A DNA stretch of 64,000 nt, taken from positions 133,647-197,646 of the forward strand of contig JACPLD010000001.1 of the NCBI GenBank assembly GCA_016186765.1, read 5' to 3'. Below, one piece after another: positions 20,741-29,604 of the stretch. The position numbers and the translations under genes were made by a program. Under the pieces are notes generated by a model. The model did no database searches and was not told where the DNA came from. It saw only the letters and a program-made list of their open reading frames with translations. Each line of letters starts with the position of its first letter. Position 1 is the first letter of the stretch. This stretch comes from Candidatus Kaiserbacteria bacterium. Lineage in GTDB: Bacteria > Patescibacteriota > Minisyncoccia > Phycocordibacterales > UBA2100.

Positions 20741-22036
20741 CTATCTCTTTTTCCATTCATCATCCTGGCGCACCAAGAGCTCAGGGGCGCGCTCCGGTTC
20801 GGCCATGAGTTTCTCCACCGAACGCTCCATGCGCATGGATTGCGAGCCCTTCACGAGAACGATGTCGCCGTCGCGAAGTTCGCCCCGCAACTCTTGTCCC
20901 GCGCGCCGCGATTCATTCTGTTCGTACTCTTTGATGTTTGCTTCTGGCATGCTAGCGTCGAGCGCCGCCTCTCCTGTCGCGCGCGAGCGAAAACCGACGG
21001 TGATGAGTCTCTCTGCGCACTGTGCAGTGCGTACTCCCACCTGCCTGTGCGCCTCGGTTGCAAACCTACCGAGCTCGAGCATGTCGCCCAAAACAGCGAT
21101 GCGCCGCCCGCCTTCCGGAATTTTGACTTCTTTGAGTGTATCGAGCGCCGAGAGCGCCGCCGCCGGGGAGGAGTTGTACGTGTCGTCGATGATAGTCGAG
21201 CCATTCACGCCCCTGATCACGCGCATCCTCCCCGGCGGCGGGCTCCACTGCGAGAGCGCCTGCCGCAACTGCGCCGCGTCGATGCCTGCGACGTCAGCTA
21301 CCGCAAAAGCGGCAAGTGCCCCGTAGGTATGGGCCTTTCCGAGCGCACCGACAATGGAGACCGGAAGTGCAAGATTGCCGCTTACAAGCCGAAAGCGCGT
21401 ACCGATGGGCTTCCCCTTTTCGTACAGAATACCCTGATGCGAAGCTGAGTACGTATTGTGTTTTCCGAGTCCGTACGTTGCAACATTTTTGAATCCGGCG
21501 GACATATCGATCGTCCGGGAATCATCCCCGTTCACAATCACCCTGCCGCTTTCTTTCACGTGTTCGGCGAGCGCGCGCTTCTCTCGCGCGAGCTCGAGGG
21601 GCGTGCGGAAAAATTCCACATGCACGGGAATATCCGGTACGCCCGTGATAACGGCGATATCGGGCTTCAGCCACCTTGCGACACGCCTGATGTCGCCGGG
21701 ACGATCAGCGCCGACTTCGACGACGAGCCACAGGGGATACGGCGTCTTTCGAACAACGAGCATAAGTCCGCGCGCGAGATTCAGGGCCCACATAAGGGGG
21801 TTCCGCCACGCGTTCTCCAGACCGAGGATGGTGAGTGGAACGCCGATATCGCTGTTGAAACTCTTCTCGCTTTTGCGGACATGCAAAGCGCTCGAAAGCG
21901 CTGCGTATATCGCATCCTTCGTCGTAGTCTTTCCGACACTGCCGGTAACGGCGATTATCTTCGGCTGATAGCGCCACAGGACAAGCTTAGCTTCTAGAGT
22001 AAGGGTGACCACTATCAGTTTTTTGATCGTTTGCAT
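20741..22036 (-). CDS. murF: UDP-N-acetylmuramoyl-tripeptide--D-alanyl-D-alanine ligase
   Basis: 431 aa; Mur ligase ATP-binding motif GSVGKTTTKD; sits in the dcw-cluster position after ftsI. Confidence 0.85.
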   Translation of the reverse strand: MQTIKKLIVVTLTLEAKLVLWRYQPKIIAVTGSVGKTTTKDAIYAALSSALHVRKSEKSFNSDIGVPLTILGLENAWRNPLMWALNLARGLMLVVRKTPYPLWLVVEVGADRPGDIRRVARWLKPDIAVITGVPDIPVHVEFFRTPLELAREKRALAEHVKESGRVIVNGDDSRTIDMSAGFKNVATYGLGKHNTYSASHQGILYEKGKPIGTRFRLVSGNLALPVSIVGALGKAHTYGALAAFAVADVAGIDAAQLRQALSQWSPPPGRMRVIRGVNGSTIIDDTYNSSPAAALSALDTLKEVKIPEGGRRIAVLGDMLELGRFATEAHRQVGVRTAQCAERLITVGFRSRATGEAALDASMPEANIKEYEQNESRRAGQELRGELRDGDIVLVKGSQSMRMERSVEKLMAEPERAPELLVRQDDEWKKR

Positions 22037-22050
22037 GGCGAAGTGGACGA

Positions 22051-22113
22051 GCCACTAGCCACTAGGGTATAGGGTTTAGGGAATTTCACTAGTGGCTATC
22101 CCCTATTAGCTAG
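22051..22113. repeat. composite CTAG-rich repeat module upstream of murF (inverted and direct copies of the ctagtggcta / tagggtataggg units)
   Basis: gccactagccactagggtatagggtttagggaatttcactagtggctatcccctattagctag, between the ftsI stop (22117) and the murF start (22036). Confidence 0.7.
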
Positions 22114-22116
22114 TTC

Positions 22117-23829
22117 CTATCTATCGGGCGGGATATCGTAGTAGTTAATCAAAAACTTCGTAATGTCGAGAAACGGCCGCGCGAGCGTTGCCGAGGCGAA
22201 TTGAGCGCCGTGCGGTTCGACCGCTACAAGAAAGACAATAAACTGTGGATCATGCGCGGGGAAATAACCGAAGAACGAGTGCAGGTAGCGATCTTTGTAG
22301 TAGCCTCCTCCGCCTGGAATTGCTATCTGGGCCGTCCCGGTCTTTGCGGCGATCGAGTAGTGCTCTTGCTTGAGGACCCCTCCCAGAAGCGCAGTATCAA
22401 ATACCTTCACCAGCATGTCGGTCACCGTCTGAACCGTCTCCTCCTTCAGTACACGTGGCCCTTGCGGCGGGAGGATGCTTCGAACAATGCCGCTCTCGAG
22501 CTTAATATCGGAGACGACATGCGGTGATGGCAGCACTCCATCATTTGCCAAGGCACTAAGCGCGCGGATCATCTCGACGCCGGTCACTGCGATCCCCTGT
22601 CCGAAGGAAGCCGAAGCAAAGTCGACGTCGTAGGCTCGATCGAGACTTTTCACTAGCCCCGTCGCCTCATTAGGAAGATCGATGCCGGTTTTTTCACCGA
22701 GGCCGAAGGCATGAACGTATTCGCGAAACACATTATGACCGACCCGCCCCTCGATGAACGAGGCACCAAGGTTCAACGATTGATTCAACACCTCTTGCAT
22801 GTCGACGACCCCGCGCGCTTTGCCGTCATAGTTGCATATCTCCTTCCCGCTCTTTTGAATGCAGCCGCGGTCCTCATAGGTCGTCTTCGGCCTTATCGCA
22901 CCTACATCCAAGCCAGCGGCAATGGTGAGAGGCTTCATGATTGAGCCCATCTCGTAGACATTTTCGACCAACGGGTTCCCGAACATGGAGACCTCGGTGG
23001 TGTTGTAGGTGTTAGGATCGAAGCCCGGCCGCGCCGCGATCGCGATGATCTCACCGGTGTGAGGGTCCATGATGATCCCGCCCCCGATCTTCGGCGTATA
23101 GGTGCTCATCACCGCCTCGAGTGTCTTCTCGAGACGCGCCTGCACCTGTGGCTCGATGGAGGTAATGACATTCCCATAGCTCTCGGCGGGGTCGGAAAGC
23201 GCCGTTCCGACATTGATGAAGATCTCCGCGAATGGATTGACGTACAAACCCGAGGCTGCCTTCGCAAGAGTTTTTTCGTAGCTTCGCTCAAGCCCGTACC
23301 TGCCGACCTTCTCGTCGCCCCGATACCCAACGAAGCCGATCGCATGCGCCGCAAGCACACCTCCCGGATAGTTGCGCCACTTATCTTGAACGAGGATCAC
23401 GCCCAGAAGCTTGAGCGAGCGGATACGCTGTGCAGTATCGTCCGGAAGTCGAAAGGCTACCTCTTCATACGGGTCATCATACTTGCTGGCACTCGCAAAA
23501 AAGCGCTCGCGATCAGGTACGGCGAACGAGAGCGTCTGGTAGGCAGCTTCGGGATCTTCAAGCTCCTTCGGCACGATAGCGAGGCGCCATCCACTCTGCA
23601 TCAGCGCCGCTGCAACGAGATCGCCATCGCGCTTCGTAAAGAATATGGAGCCGCGGTCCTCGACGTCGCGTACGTCGGCGACGTACTGGCCGCGAGCGTC
23701 TAGCTCATATCGATCGCCGTGCACGATTTGCACGAAATACAGCCGCGCCGCAAGGAATGCCGCGGCGAGGATGAAGAGGGCGGAAAGGACTCTCGCTCGC
23801 TCGACAAAGCCGAGACTCTTAAATTTCAT
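22117..23829 (-). CDS. ftsI: penicillin-binding protein (FtsI-type transpeptidase)
   Basis: ORF track 22117..23985; start taken at MKFKSLGF (membrane anchor) so that it overlaps the ftsL stop by 11 nt. SxxK (GSIMKP) and KTG (AAKTGTAQ) motifs. Confidence 0.85.
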   Translation of the reverse strand: MKFKSLGFVERARVLSALFILAAAFLAARLYFVQIVHGDRYELDARGQYVADVRDVEDRGSIFFTKRDGDLVAAALMQSGWRLAIVPKELEDPEAAYQTLSFAVPDRERFFASASKYDDPYEEVAFRLPDDTAQRIRSLKLLGVILVQDKWRNYPGGVLAAHAIGFVGYRGDEKVGRYGLERSYEKTLAKAASGLYVNPFAEIFINVGTALSDPAESYGNVITSIEPQVQARLEKTLEAVMSTYTPKIGGGIIMDPHTGEIIAIAARPGFDPNTYNTTEVSMFGNPLVENVYEMGSIMKPLTIAAGLDVGAIRPKTTYEDRGCIQKSGKEICNYDGKARGVVDMQEVLNQSLNLGASFIEGRVGHNVFREYVHAFGLGEKTGIDLPNEATGLVKSLDRAYDVDFASASFGQGIAVTGVEMIRALSALANDGVLPSPHVVSDIKLESGIVRSILPPQGPRVLKEETVQTVTDMLVKVFDTALLGGVLKQEHYSIAAKTGTAQIAIPGGGGYYKDRYLHSFFGYFPAHDPQFIVFLVAVEPHGAQFASATLARPFLDITKFLINYYDIPPDR

Positions 23830-24250
23830 TGAGCTCAACGTCGGCGTTTGCAGTATCTGCCTCAGCGGGCCCGCCTGCGGAGAGGGTCCCCGGACGGTGA
23901 ATGTAGAGCGTCCGAGCGACGGGAGAGAGGCCAAGGCGCACGCCATCCTCGGGTCCGATGCCCTGTGAGAGAGCGAAGTATTCACGCTCGAGTTTTGAAA
24001 CGGCAGTCACGAGATGAGCCGACTCCGCAAGCGCTTCTTTTCTCGCGATGACGTTCAAGATCGTCGAACCGACAAAATACACGTAGGAGAACGCGAGGAG
24101 TACTACAGCGCCGATGAGTACGCGAAAGAGCAAATGCTCCGCGGGATGTTCGGAGGTAAGCGAAAACGCTCGATGCCTACCGGCAAAATCAAGCCTCCCC
24201 TGAAATATCGAGGGAGCGTACTTGCTTATTTTTTGTATTTTGGCTCTCAT
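23819..24250 (-). CDS. ftsL: FtsL-like cell-division protein (small bitopic membrane protein)
   Basis: 143 aa; single TM (LLFRVLIGAVVLLAFSYVYFV); position between rsmH and ftsI. Confidence 0.5.
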   Translation of the reverse strand: MRAKIQKISKYAPSIFQGRLDFAGRHRAFSLTSEHPAEHLLFRVLIGAVVLLAFSYVYFVGSTILNVIARKEALAESAHLVTAVSKLEREYFALSQGIGPEDGVRLGLSPVARTLYIHRPGTLSAGGPAEADTANADVELNEI

Positions 24251-24253
24251 GCG

Positions 24254-24330
24254 AAGAAGTTGGATGTTAGAAGTTGGAAGTTTGATATTTCCAACCTCTA
24301 ATCTCTAACTCCTAACTTCTCAATCACACG
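24254..24330. repeat. AT-rich imperfect palindrome / AGTTAG direct repeats in the rsmH-ftsL junction
   Basis: gaagaagttggatgttagaagttggaa gtttgatatt tccaacctctaatctctaactcctaacttctc; the right half overlaps the rsmH 3' end. Confidence 0.4.
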
Positions 24331-25434
24331 AAGCTTTGCGCTGCGTGCACGAGGGTTCTCTCGCACCTCTTCCCTGCTCGGCACAATTGGTTTCCTCGAA
24401 AGCAAGCGGCCCTCCTGCTCACGGACCCACTCGGCAAATGCACGCTTGACTATCCTGTCCTCAAGGCTATGAAAGGATATGACCGCGAGGCGGCCGCGAG
24501 GCTTAAGCAGCTGCCACGCCGCCTGCAAGCCTTCGGTGAGTGCCGCAAGCTCGTCGTTCACGGCGATGCGAAGCGCCTGAAACGCACGCGTCGCGGGATG
24601 TATCCGGCCTCGCCTTAAGCGAACGGGGGTCGCCGCTGCAATCGTCTGGGCAAGTTCGCGGGAAGTCGCGAAAGGTTTCTTCATCCTGCGCTCGACTATC
24701 GCTTTGGCAATCCTTCGTGCGTATCGCTCGCCACCGAATCCGAAAAAAATATCGGCGAGGGTTCTCTCACTCCACGTGTTCACGATGGTCGCTGCAGTTA
24801 GTTCAGCCTCCTTGCCTCCATATGTCATGAGGAGCGGCTCGTCAGAAAGAAACGAAAATCCTCTTCCGGAGTTGAGCTGGTAGCTGCTCCACCCTAGATC
24901 GAAGAGAGCCTTCGTCATCGTCGTTACGCCGAGCGCACGAAGCTCACGTGTCATATTTCTGAAATTGCCGCACACCACGTGGACTTTCGCGCGAACACCG
25001 GCAAGACGCCTGCGGGCACGCACTACTGCCTGTGGATCTGCGTCGAAGCCGACGAGGAGTCCCCGAGGCCCGAGGCCCTTCGAGAGCTCTCTCGCGTGAC
25101 CTGCCCCGCCGAGTGTCGCGTCCACGACAATATCGTCTGGCTGCACGTCGAGCGCACGCATGACTTCGTGTAAAAGAACGGGTCGGTGCCTTTGGCTCGC
25201 CGTAGCTTTAGCGAAGGCGGCTGCCCGCCTCCGCTCTACCGAGCTTCGGCGAGACGATGACAGCACCGGGTTGCTGGAGGAAAAATGTCGCGTGCGCATA
25301 TTTTTTTGATCCTCCAGCCACCTTGTGCAACCATCCGTCTTTATAGAGCTCCGATCTGACCGAGCTTCTTCGCCATCTGCTCTGCGTTGCGGTCGATTCC
25401 GCGTTTGTAATTTCCCCAGCGATCGGCATCCCAA
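24298..25434 (-). CDS. rsmH: 16S rRNA (cytosine1402-N4)-methyltransferase
   Basis: 378-aa ORF (true start probably internal); RsmH/MraW motifs PVLLHEV...DATLGGAGHA...FDLGWSSYQL. Confidence 0.9.
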   Translation of the reverse strand: MGCRSLGKLQTRNRPQRRADGEEARSDRSSIKTDGCTRWLEDQKNMRTRHFSSSNPVLSSSRRSSVERRRAAAFAKATASQRHRPVLLHEVMRALDVQPDDIVVDATLGGAGHARELSKGLGPRGLLVGFDADPQAVVRARRRLAGVRAKVHVVCGNFRNMTRELRALGVTTMTKALFDLGWSSYQLNSGRGFSFLSDEPLLMTYGGKEAELTAATIVNTWSERTLADIFFGFGGERYARRIAKAIVERRMKKPFATSRELAQTIAAATPVRLRRGRIHPATRAFQALRIAVNDELAALTEGLQAAWQLLKPRGRLAVISFHSLEDRIVKRAFAEWVREQEGRLLSRKPIVPSREEVRENPRARSAKLRVIEKLGVRD

Positions 25435-25785
25435 ATCTCGACACGATCCGAAACTCCCGCAAAGACAACACGCTTTTTCAAGCCTGCGAAATCTCTTTGG
25501 TGTTCAGGAATGAGGATGCGCCCCGCGGCGTCTACCTCGATTTCCGCCGCACCCGAGAGCATAAAGCGGCTGAACCCCCGTGTTTCGGCCTGCACCAAGG
25601 AAAGGCCTTGGAGCCTTTTTGCCAAGATCTCCCACGCACTGCGTGAATATACAAAGAGACAATTGTCGAGCCCCCTCGTGATGACGACCTTTCTTCCAAG
25701 AGCTGCTCGAAACGTCTTTGGGAGTGAAATGCGCTTTTTCTCGTCGAGGTTGTGCAGATATTCACCGATCAACAGATTGGCCATG
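25341..25785 (-). CDS. mraZ: division/cell wall cluster transcriptional regulator MraZ
   Basis: ORF track 25341..25823; start taken at MANLLIGEY; duplicated MraZ halves (LDEKKRISLPKTFR / DAAGRILIPEHQR); first gene of the dcw cluster. Confidence 0.85.
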
Positions 25786-25923
25786 TTTCCCACTCTATCC
25801 CACTGTGATAGAGTATATACCACTATACCCTACCGCAAGTGAGTTATCCCCACCACACATCAACTACTGTAATCCGTCAATGCGAGCTTAAGGACGACCT
25901 CACACTGTGCTAGAATCACACAA

Positions 25924-27582
25924 ATGCTCCGGGTTTTTAGAACAGCAGATACGGAGACTCTCAATGAAATAGCTGAAGAGACGCGCGTGCGGAAAGTCCC
26001 CACGTACGTGATGCTTTTTTCTATGGGTTCGCAGTTCGACCATCTCATCGTGCGAGAGCTCGCAAAGCTCGGGGCATTTTGCGTTGTCGCTGATCCTTCG
26101 ACCGTTACCGCCGACGACGTGAAAAAGGTGGCGCCAGCGGGAATCATCCTCTCGGGAGGTCCTGCATCGGTAGAAACAGAGCCTCCGCCGTTTGATGAGA
26201 AAATCTTCGATCTCGGGATCCCGACACTCGGCATTTGCCTCGGATTTCAAATGTGGGCGAAGCATGTGGGTGCAAAGGTCCCGCCTTCTGAAAAACGCGA
26301 GTTTGGCGTCCACACGTTCACGATTAGCGCGGATGATCCGCTTTTTGCAGGCATTCCTCGCGAGACACAGGTACTCCATAGTCATGGCGATGCCGTGCTT
26401 CCAGATTCTGTCATTACAGTTCTCGGCACTACCGACAATGCACCCGTTGCGGCCGGGAGATTCAAGCATCTATGGGGGGTGCAGTTCCACCCCGAGGTGA
26501 CCGAAACAGTCGAGGGAGCACACATCTATGATAATTTCCTCACGATCTGCGGCATTAGCGAGCGCTTCCCTGCGCACAATGTGGCGGAGCAAAAGATAGC
26601 TGAACTGAAAAAACTCGTCGGCCCCTCGACTCCGCTCGGGGTAAACAAAAAAGTGCTCATCGCGCTGTCGGGCGGTTCGGATTCTTCGGTCGTTGCATTT
26701 CTTCTAAAGCGCGCTTTAGAAGAAATGCCCCGAGCAAAGTCGAGGGGCCAACCCTTCGACTCCGCTCAGGGTAAACTCCGAGGAGTTTACATCCGCGGCA
26801 TCGATCGTCCCGACGACGAGGCATACGTGAGAACATATTTCGGCAAGGAAGATTGGATTGAGCTCGAGATTGCTGATGCAACGGCGCTTTTTCTCGATGC
26901 ATTGCGTGGAAAGACTGCAATGCGCGAGAAACGGCTGGCAATGCAGAGCGTGTATCGCGACGTGCTCGAAGAGAAGATAAAAGAGTTTGGAGCGGATTTC
27001 ATCGCACAAGGCACACTCTATACCGACCTCCGAGAAAGCGGCCTTGGGACAGCCACCGGTGCGCGTGTCGCCGAGATAAAGGTGCACCACAATGTCGGCA
27101 TCACCTTCTCTGTTCCCGAACTTCGCCCTCTCGAGGATCAGGTGAAAGACTCGGCGAGAAATATCGGACGCGAGATCGGCGTGCCCGAAGACCTTGTCCT
27201 CCGACATCCCTTCCCCGGTCCTGGCCTCGTCGTTCGCATCGAAGGAGAGGTCACCGCCGAAAAACTTGCCGCCGCGCGCGCGGTGGATGGCATCTACATC
27301 GAAGAACTTCGCAAGGCCAACCTCTACTCGACCGTGTGGCAAGCAGGCGCTGTCGTCACGAGTTCAGAGCATACTGTTTCCAAGGGAGACGACGCCGGCA
27401 TGGGACACGTTGTCGCGCTGTGGGCAGTATGGAGCGTGAATGGCTTTACCGCACGCTTTGCGCAGCTACCGTACGATTTTCTGGGCAAAGTCTCCCGCCG
27501 CATCACCAATGAAATCCGCGAGGTCGGCGCTGTCACCTATCGCATCTCCAACAAACCTCCTGCTACGATAGAATGGGGTTAA
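25924..27582 (+). CDS. guaA: GMP synthase (glutamine-hydrolysing), carrying in-frame repeat-element insertions
   Basis: 552 aa; GATase domain (GICLGFQMW), PP-loop SGGSDSS, C-terminal dimerisation domain ending PATIEWG. Start may be the internal MLFSMGSQ. Extra segments PSTPLGVNK and EEMPRAKSRGQPFDSAQGKL are encoded by GC-rich repeat copies. Confidence 0.9.
   Translation: MLRVFRTADTETLNEIAEETRVRKVPTYVMLFSMGSQFDHLIVRELAKLGAFCVVADPSTVTADDVKKVAPAGIILSGGPASVETEPPPFDEKIFDLGIPTLGICLGFQMWAKHVGAKVPPSEKREFGVHTFTISADDPLFAGIPRETQVLHSHGDAVLPDSVITVLGTTDNAPVAAGRFKHLWGVQFHPEVTETVEGAHIYDNFLTICGISERFPAHNVAEQKIAELKKLVGPSTPLGVNKKVLIALSGGSDSSVVAFLLKRALEEMPRAKSRGQPFDSAQGKLRGVYIRGIDRPDDEAYVRTYFGKEDWIELEIADATALFLDALRGKTAMREKRLAMQSVYRDVLEEKIKEFGADFIAQGTLYTDLRESGLGTATGARVAEIKVHHNVGITFSVPELRPLEDQVKDSARNIGREIGVPEDLVLRHPFPGPGLVVRIEGEVTAEKLAAARAVDGIYIEELRKANLYSTVWQAGAVVTSSEHTVSKGDDAGMGHVVALWAVWSVNGFTARFAQLPYDFLGKVSRRITNEIREVGAVTYRISNKPPATIEWG
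26622..26790. repeat. cluster of three copies (+, -, +) of a ~25-bp GC-rich repeat element plus an 8-bp-stem palindrome, all in-frame inside guaA
   Basis: cccctcgactccgctcggggtaaac (26622..26646); ccccgagcaaagtcgagggg (26728..26747, reverse complement with 2 mismatches); cccttcgactccgctcagggtaaac (26752..26776); gtaaactccgaggagtttac palindrome (26771..26790). Confidence 0.8.
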
Positions 27583-27591
27583 TTACCGAGC

Positions 27592-28560
27592 ATGAGTGAT
27601 ATAGACCGAGATTTCGGGAAGCCAGAATCTTACTCCGAACGGCAGCGGATGAACTTTTCTGACGCTCTGCTCTCAAAGCCGTTCGAAAGTGGAGACGCCG
27701 CTCTCGATAAGGTATTTTGCCTCGGCAAAGTGTCTAAAGAGGGACATGTGTGGACCGTATCGGTGGATTCGGGATCACCAACGGTAGCATTGAACCAAAA
27801 GGTTAAAGAGCAACTCGCACTCGCCGATTCCCCCACCGTCGCGGACGTGCGAGCAAGAGCTGTGTATCCTGAACTATCTCTCATATCTGGCGGTTCATTT
27901 GTCTGGCTCCATGACCATAAGGGCGAACGGCTCGTTTGTCTCAGGCGAGACGAAGCGGCTCCCGTGGACGCCGGATACCTGACGTGTCCGGCGGGAAGAT
28001 CGGGAGAGCCGCTCACGCAAACGATCGTCGGGGAAACGAACGAGGAGCTCATTATCATAAAGACGCTGCGAGACGGCCAGGAGCGATTCAAGCTACTCGG
28101 CTTTTTCAGAGACGAGAACACGAAAGATAAGATCGTGCAGCAGCGTCTCGCGCAGGTCAAAAGGATCCACGACAACTTAAAACAGCGCGGGCGCGAGAGC
28201 GATGCGGAGCTTCTTCTCAAGATCCGCGGGGAGGACGACGTTGAGATGCTTCAGATTGAAGGATATCTCGACAGCAATCCGAATGGTGAGGAAGTCGTGA
28301 CGCTTGTACGCAGCCGGGAAATCGACCGAGTGCAAAATAGCATTGTACTGTTCGATAAAGCTAACAACACGCTTGAGGTCAATCAGGCGCTGCGCGTTAG
28401 ATTACCGGAAGACGCAGAAATCCAAACCGTTATAGACGGAGAAGTATTCGGACGAAAAATCGAAATGTTTTCATCTCTTTCAGCGCTCACAAACGAGAAA
28501 CTTGTCCCCGCTTTGCAGAACTACCGCAATCGTCTGCTAGCTCAAGACAGAGAAACCTAG
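27592..28560 (+). CDS. hypothetical protein (possible cargo of an insertion into the guaA 3' end)
   Basis: 322-aa ORF with coding-like codon usage and no recognisable motif. Flanked by the guaA terminus and a degenerate copy of that terminus (28593..28634). Confidence 0.5.
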   Translation: MSDIDRDFGKPESYSERQRMNFSDALLSKPFESGDAALDKVFCLGKVSKEGHVWTVSVDSGSPTVALNQKVKEQLALADSPTVADVRARAVYPELSLISGGSFVWLHDHKGERLVCLRRDEAAPVDAGYLTCPAGRSGEPLTQTIVGETNEELIIIKTLRDGQERFKLLGFFRDENTKDKIVQQRLAQVKRIHDNLKQRGRESDAELLLKIRGEDDVEMLQIEGYLDSNPNGEEVVTLVRSREIDRVQNSIVLFDKANNTLEVNQALRVRLPEDAEIQTVIDGEVFGRKIEMFSSLSALTNEKLVPALQNYRNRLLAQDRET

Positions 28561-28592
28561 ATCCTTCTCCGGCGCGTTTCGTCCACATCTCC

Positions 28593-28634
28593 CGTCCATC
28601 TCGGACAAACCTCCCGCGACGATCGAGTGGGGTT
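28593..28634 (+). repeat. degenerate direct duplicate of the guaA 3' terminus (putative attR-like scar)
   Basis: catctcggacaaacctcccgcgacgatcgagtggggttga versus the guaA end catctccaacaaacctcctgctacgatagaatggggttaa (about 80% identity). Both encode ...IS(D/N)KPPATIEWG-stop, and the differences are mostly synonymous. Confidence 0.6.
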
Positions 28635-28639
28635 GAATC

Positions 28640-29498
28640 TTAGAAAACTGTTTTCGAAACAGCGCCCGTTGATTTGTCCACCTTCCATTGCTCCAAGGGA
28701 ATTGGTAACGTTCTTCCACTGCTTGAACCGCCCACATACAAGCGCACCTTCCAGAGCGATCCCGCGTCCTCTGCCTCCAACACGTAGCCCATCCCGCGCT
28801 CCAAAGCAGAATCTCGATAGAGCGCGAAATCCGGCAGGCGCTCGACGAGCGCTTTCGCCTCATCGGCACTCATGCGCGGAGCGCTCTCGTCGCGCTCGAC
28901 AATACGCTTGCTTCCCCCACCTCGCACCGAAAGGAGCGCGGCATCCACCGTGGGACCGAGCTCGTCGACGTGCGCGGCAAGAACCTCGGTTCGAAATGTT
29001 ACCTTGCTGCCTGCGGGGTCTAAAATACCGATCTCCTTGAACACGTATTGCCCCGAACTGTTATCGAACAATCCTGAAGCCACATAGCCGTTGTATTCGG
29101 CGCCGGCTTCCGGCGTGATCCATCCGAAGAAATCCAGGGAATAGTTCGGGCTGCCGGTAAAACCGAGTTCTGTCTCTTTTGCAACTGCTGCCCGCCCGGT
29201 GCGCTCCTGAAGCCGGGTCTCACGGTGCGAGGAGATCACGATCGTGGCGCGTCCCAGCGGCTCGCGTATCAGTTCGGATTCGTAGGAGCTGTCGCGCCGC
29301 ACTTCTCCTATAATCCAGTCCGCCGGATAGCGGAGCGTGTAGCCTGCATGCGAAACAAAGAGACGCTCGGCGGGAAGCGGCACATACGACAGTGCAATCG
29401 CAACAGCACCGAGAATGAGCACGGATACCGCAACCGCGACAATGAAGCGCACGTTTTTATATCGCACGATTCGCTTCAAGAAAGAGATATTCGCGGCC
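28640..29498 (-). CDS. membrane-anchored hypothetical protein with a PepSY-like C-terminus
   Basis: ORF track 28640..29584, but its first ~28 codons are the tRNA-Ala gene read as protein. Real start likely MAANISFLK. N-terminal TM (FIVAVAVSVLILGAVAIAL); C-terminal LWKVRLYVGG...WKVDKSTGAV is PepSY-like. Confidence 0.45.
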
Positions 29499-29499
29499 A

Positions 29500-29575
29500 T
29501 GGTGGACCATACCGGACTCGAACCGGTCACCTCATCCATGCCATGGATGCGCTCTGCCAGATGAGCTAATGGCCC
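29500..29575 (-). tRNA. tRNA-Ala (anticodon GGC)
   Basis: Manual fold of the reverse complement GGGCCATTAGCTCATCTGGCAGAGCGCATCCATGGCATGGATGAGGTGACCGGTTCGAGTCCGGTATGGTCCACCA: 7-bp acceptor with G3-U70, D and T arms, anticodon loop AUGGCAU, CCA encoded. Confidence 0.9.
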
Positions 29576-29604
29576 GTGCGGCACATCCTAGCAAAATTCA
29601 CCCG

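Noticed and set aside
25786-25923. MraZ-box operator (tandem GTGGG repeats) in the mraZ-guaA divergent region
   Set aside because: GTGG-containing motifs are present (cccac, accac, ccctac on the plus strand), but the spacing (20 and 9 bp) does not match the 10-bp phasing expected for MraZ boxes.
28640-29584. ORF-track protein beginning MPHGPLAHLAERIHGMDEVTGSSPVWSTM...
   Set aside because: Its first ~28 codons are the tRNA-Ala(GGC) gene read as protein (GPLAHLAERIHGMDEVTGSSPV is the tRNA translated). The CDS was shortened to start at MAANISFLK (28640..29498).
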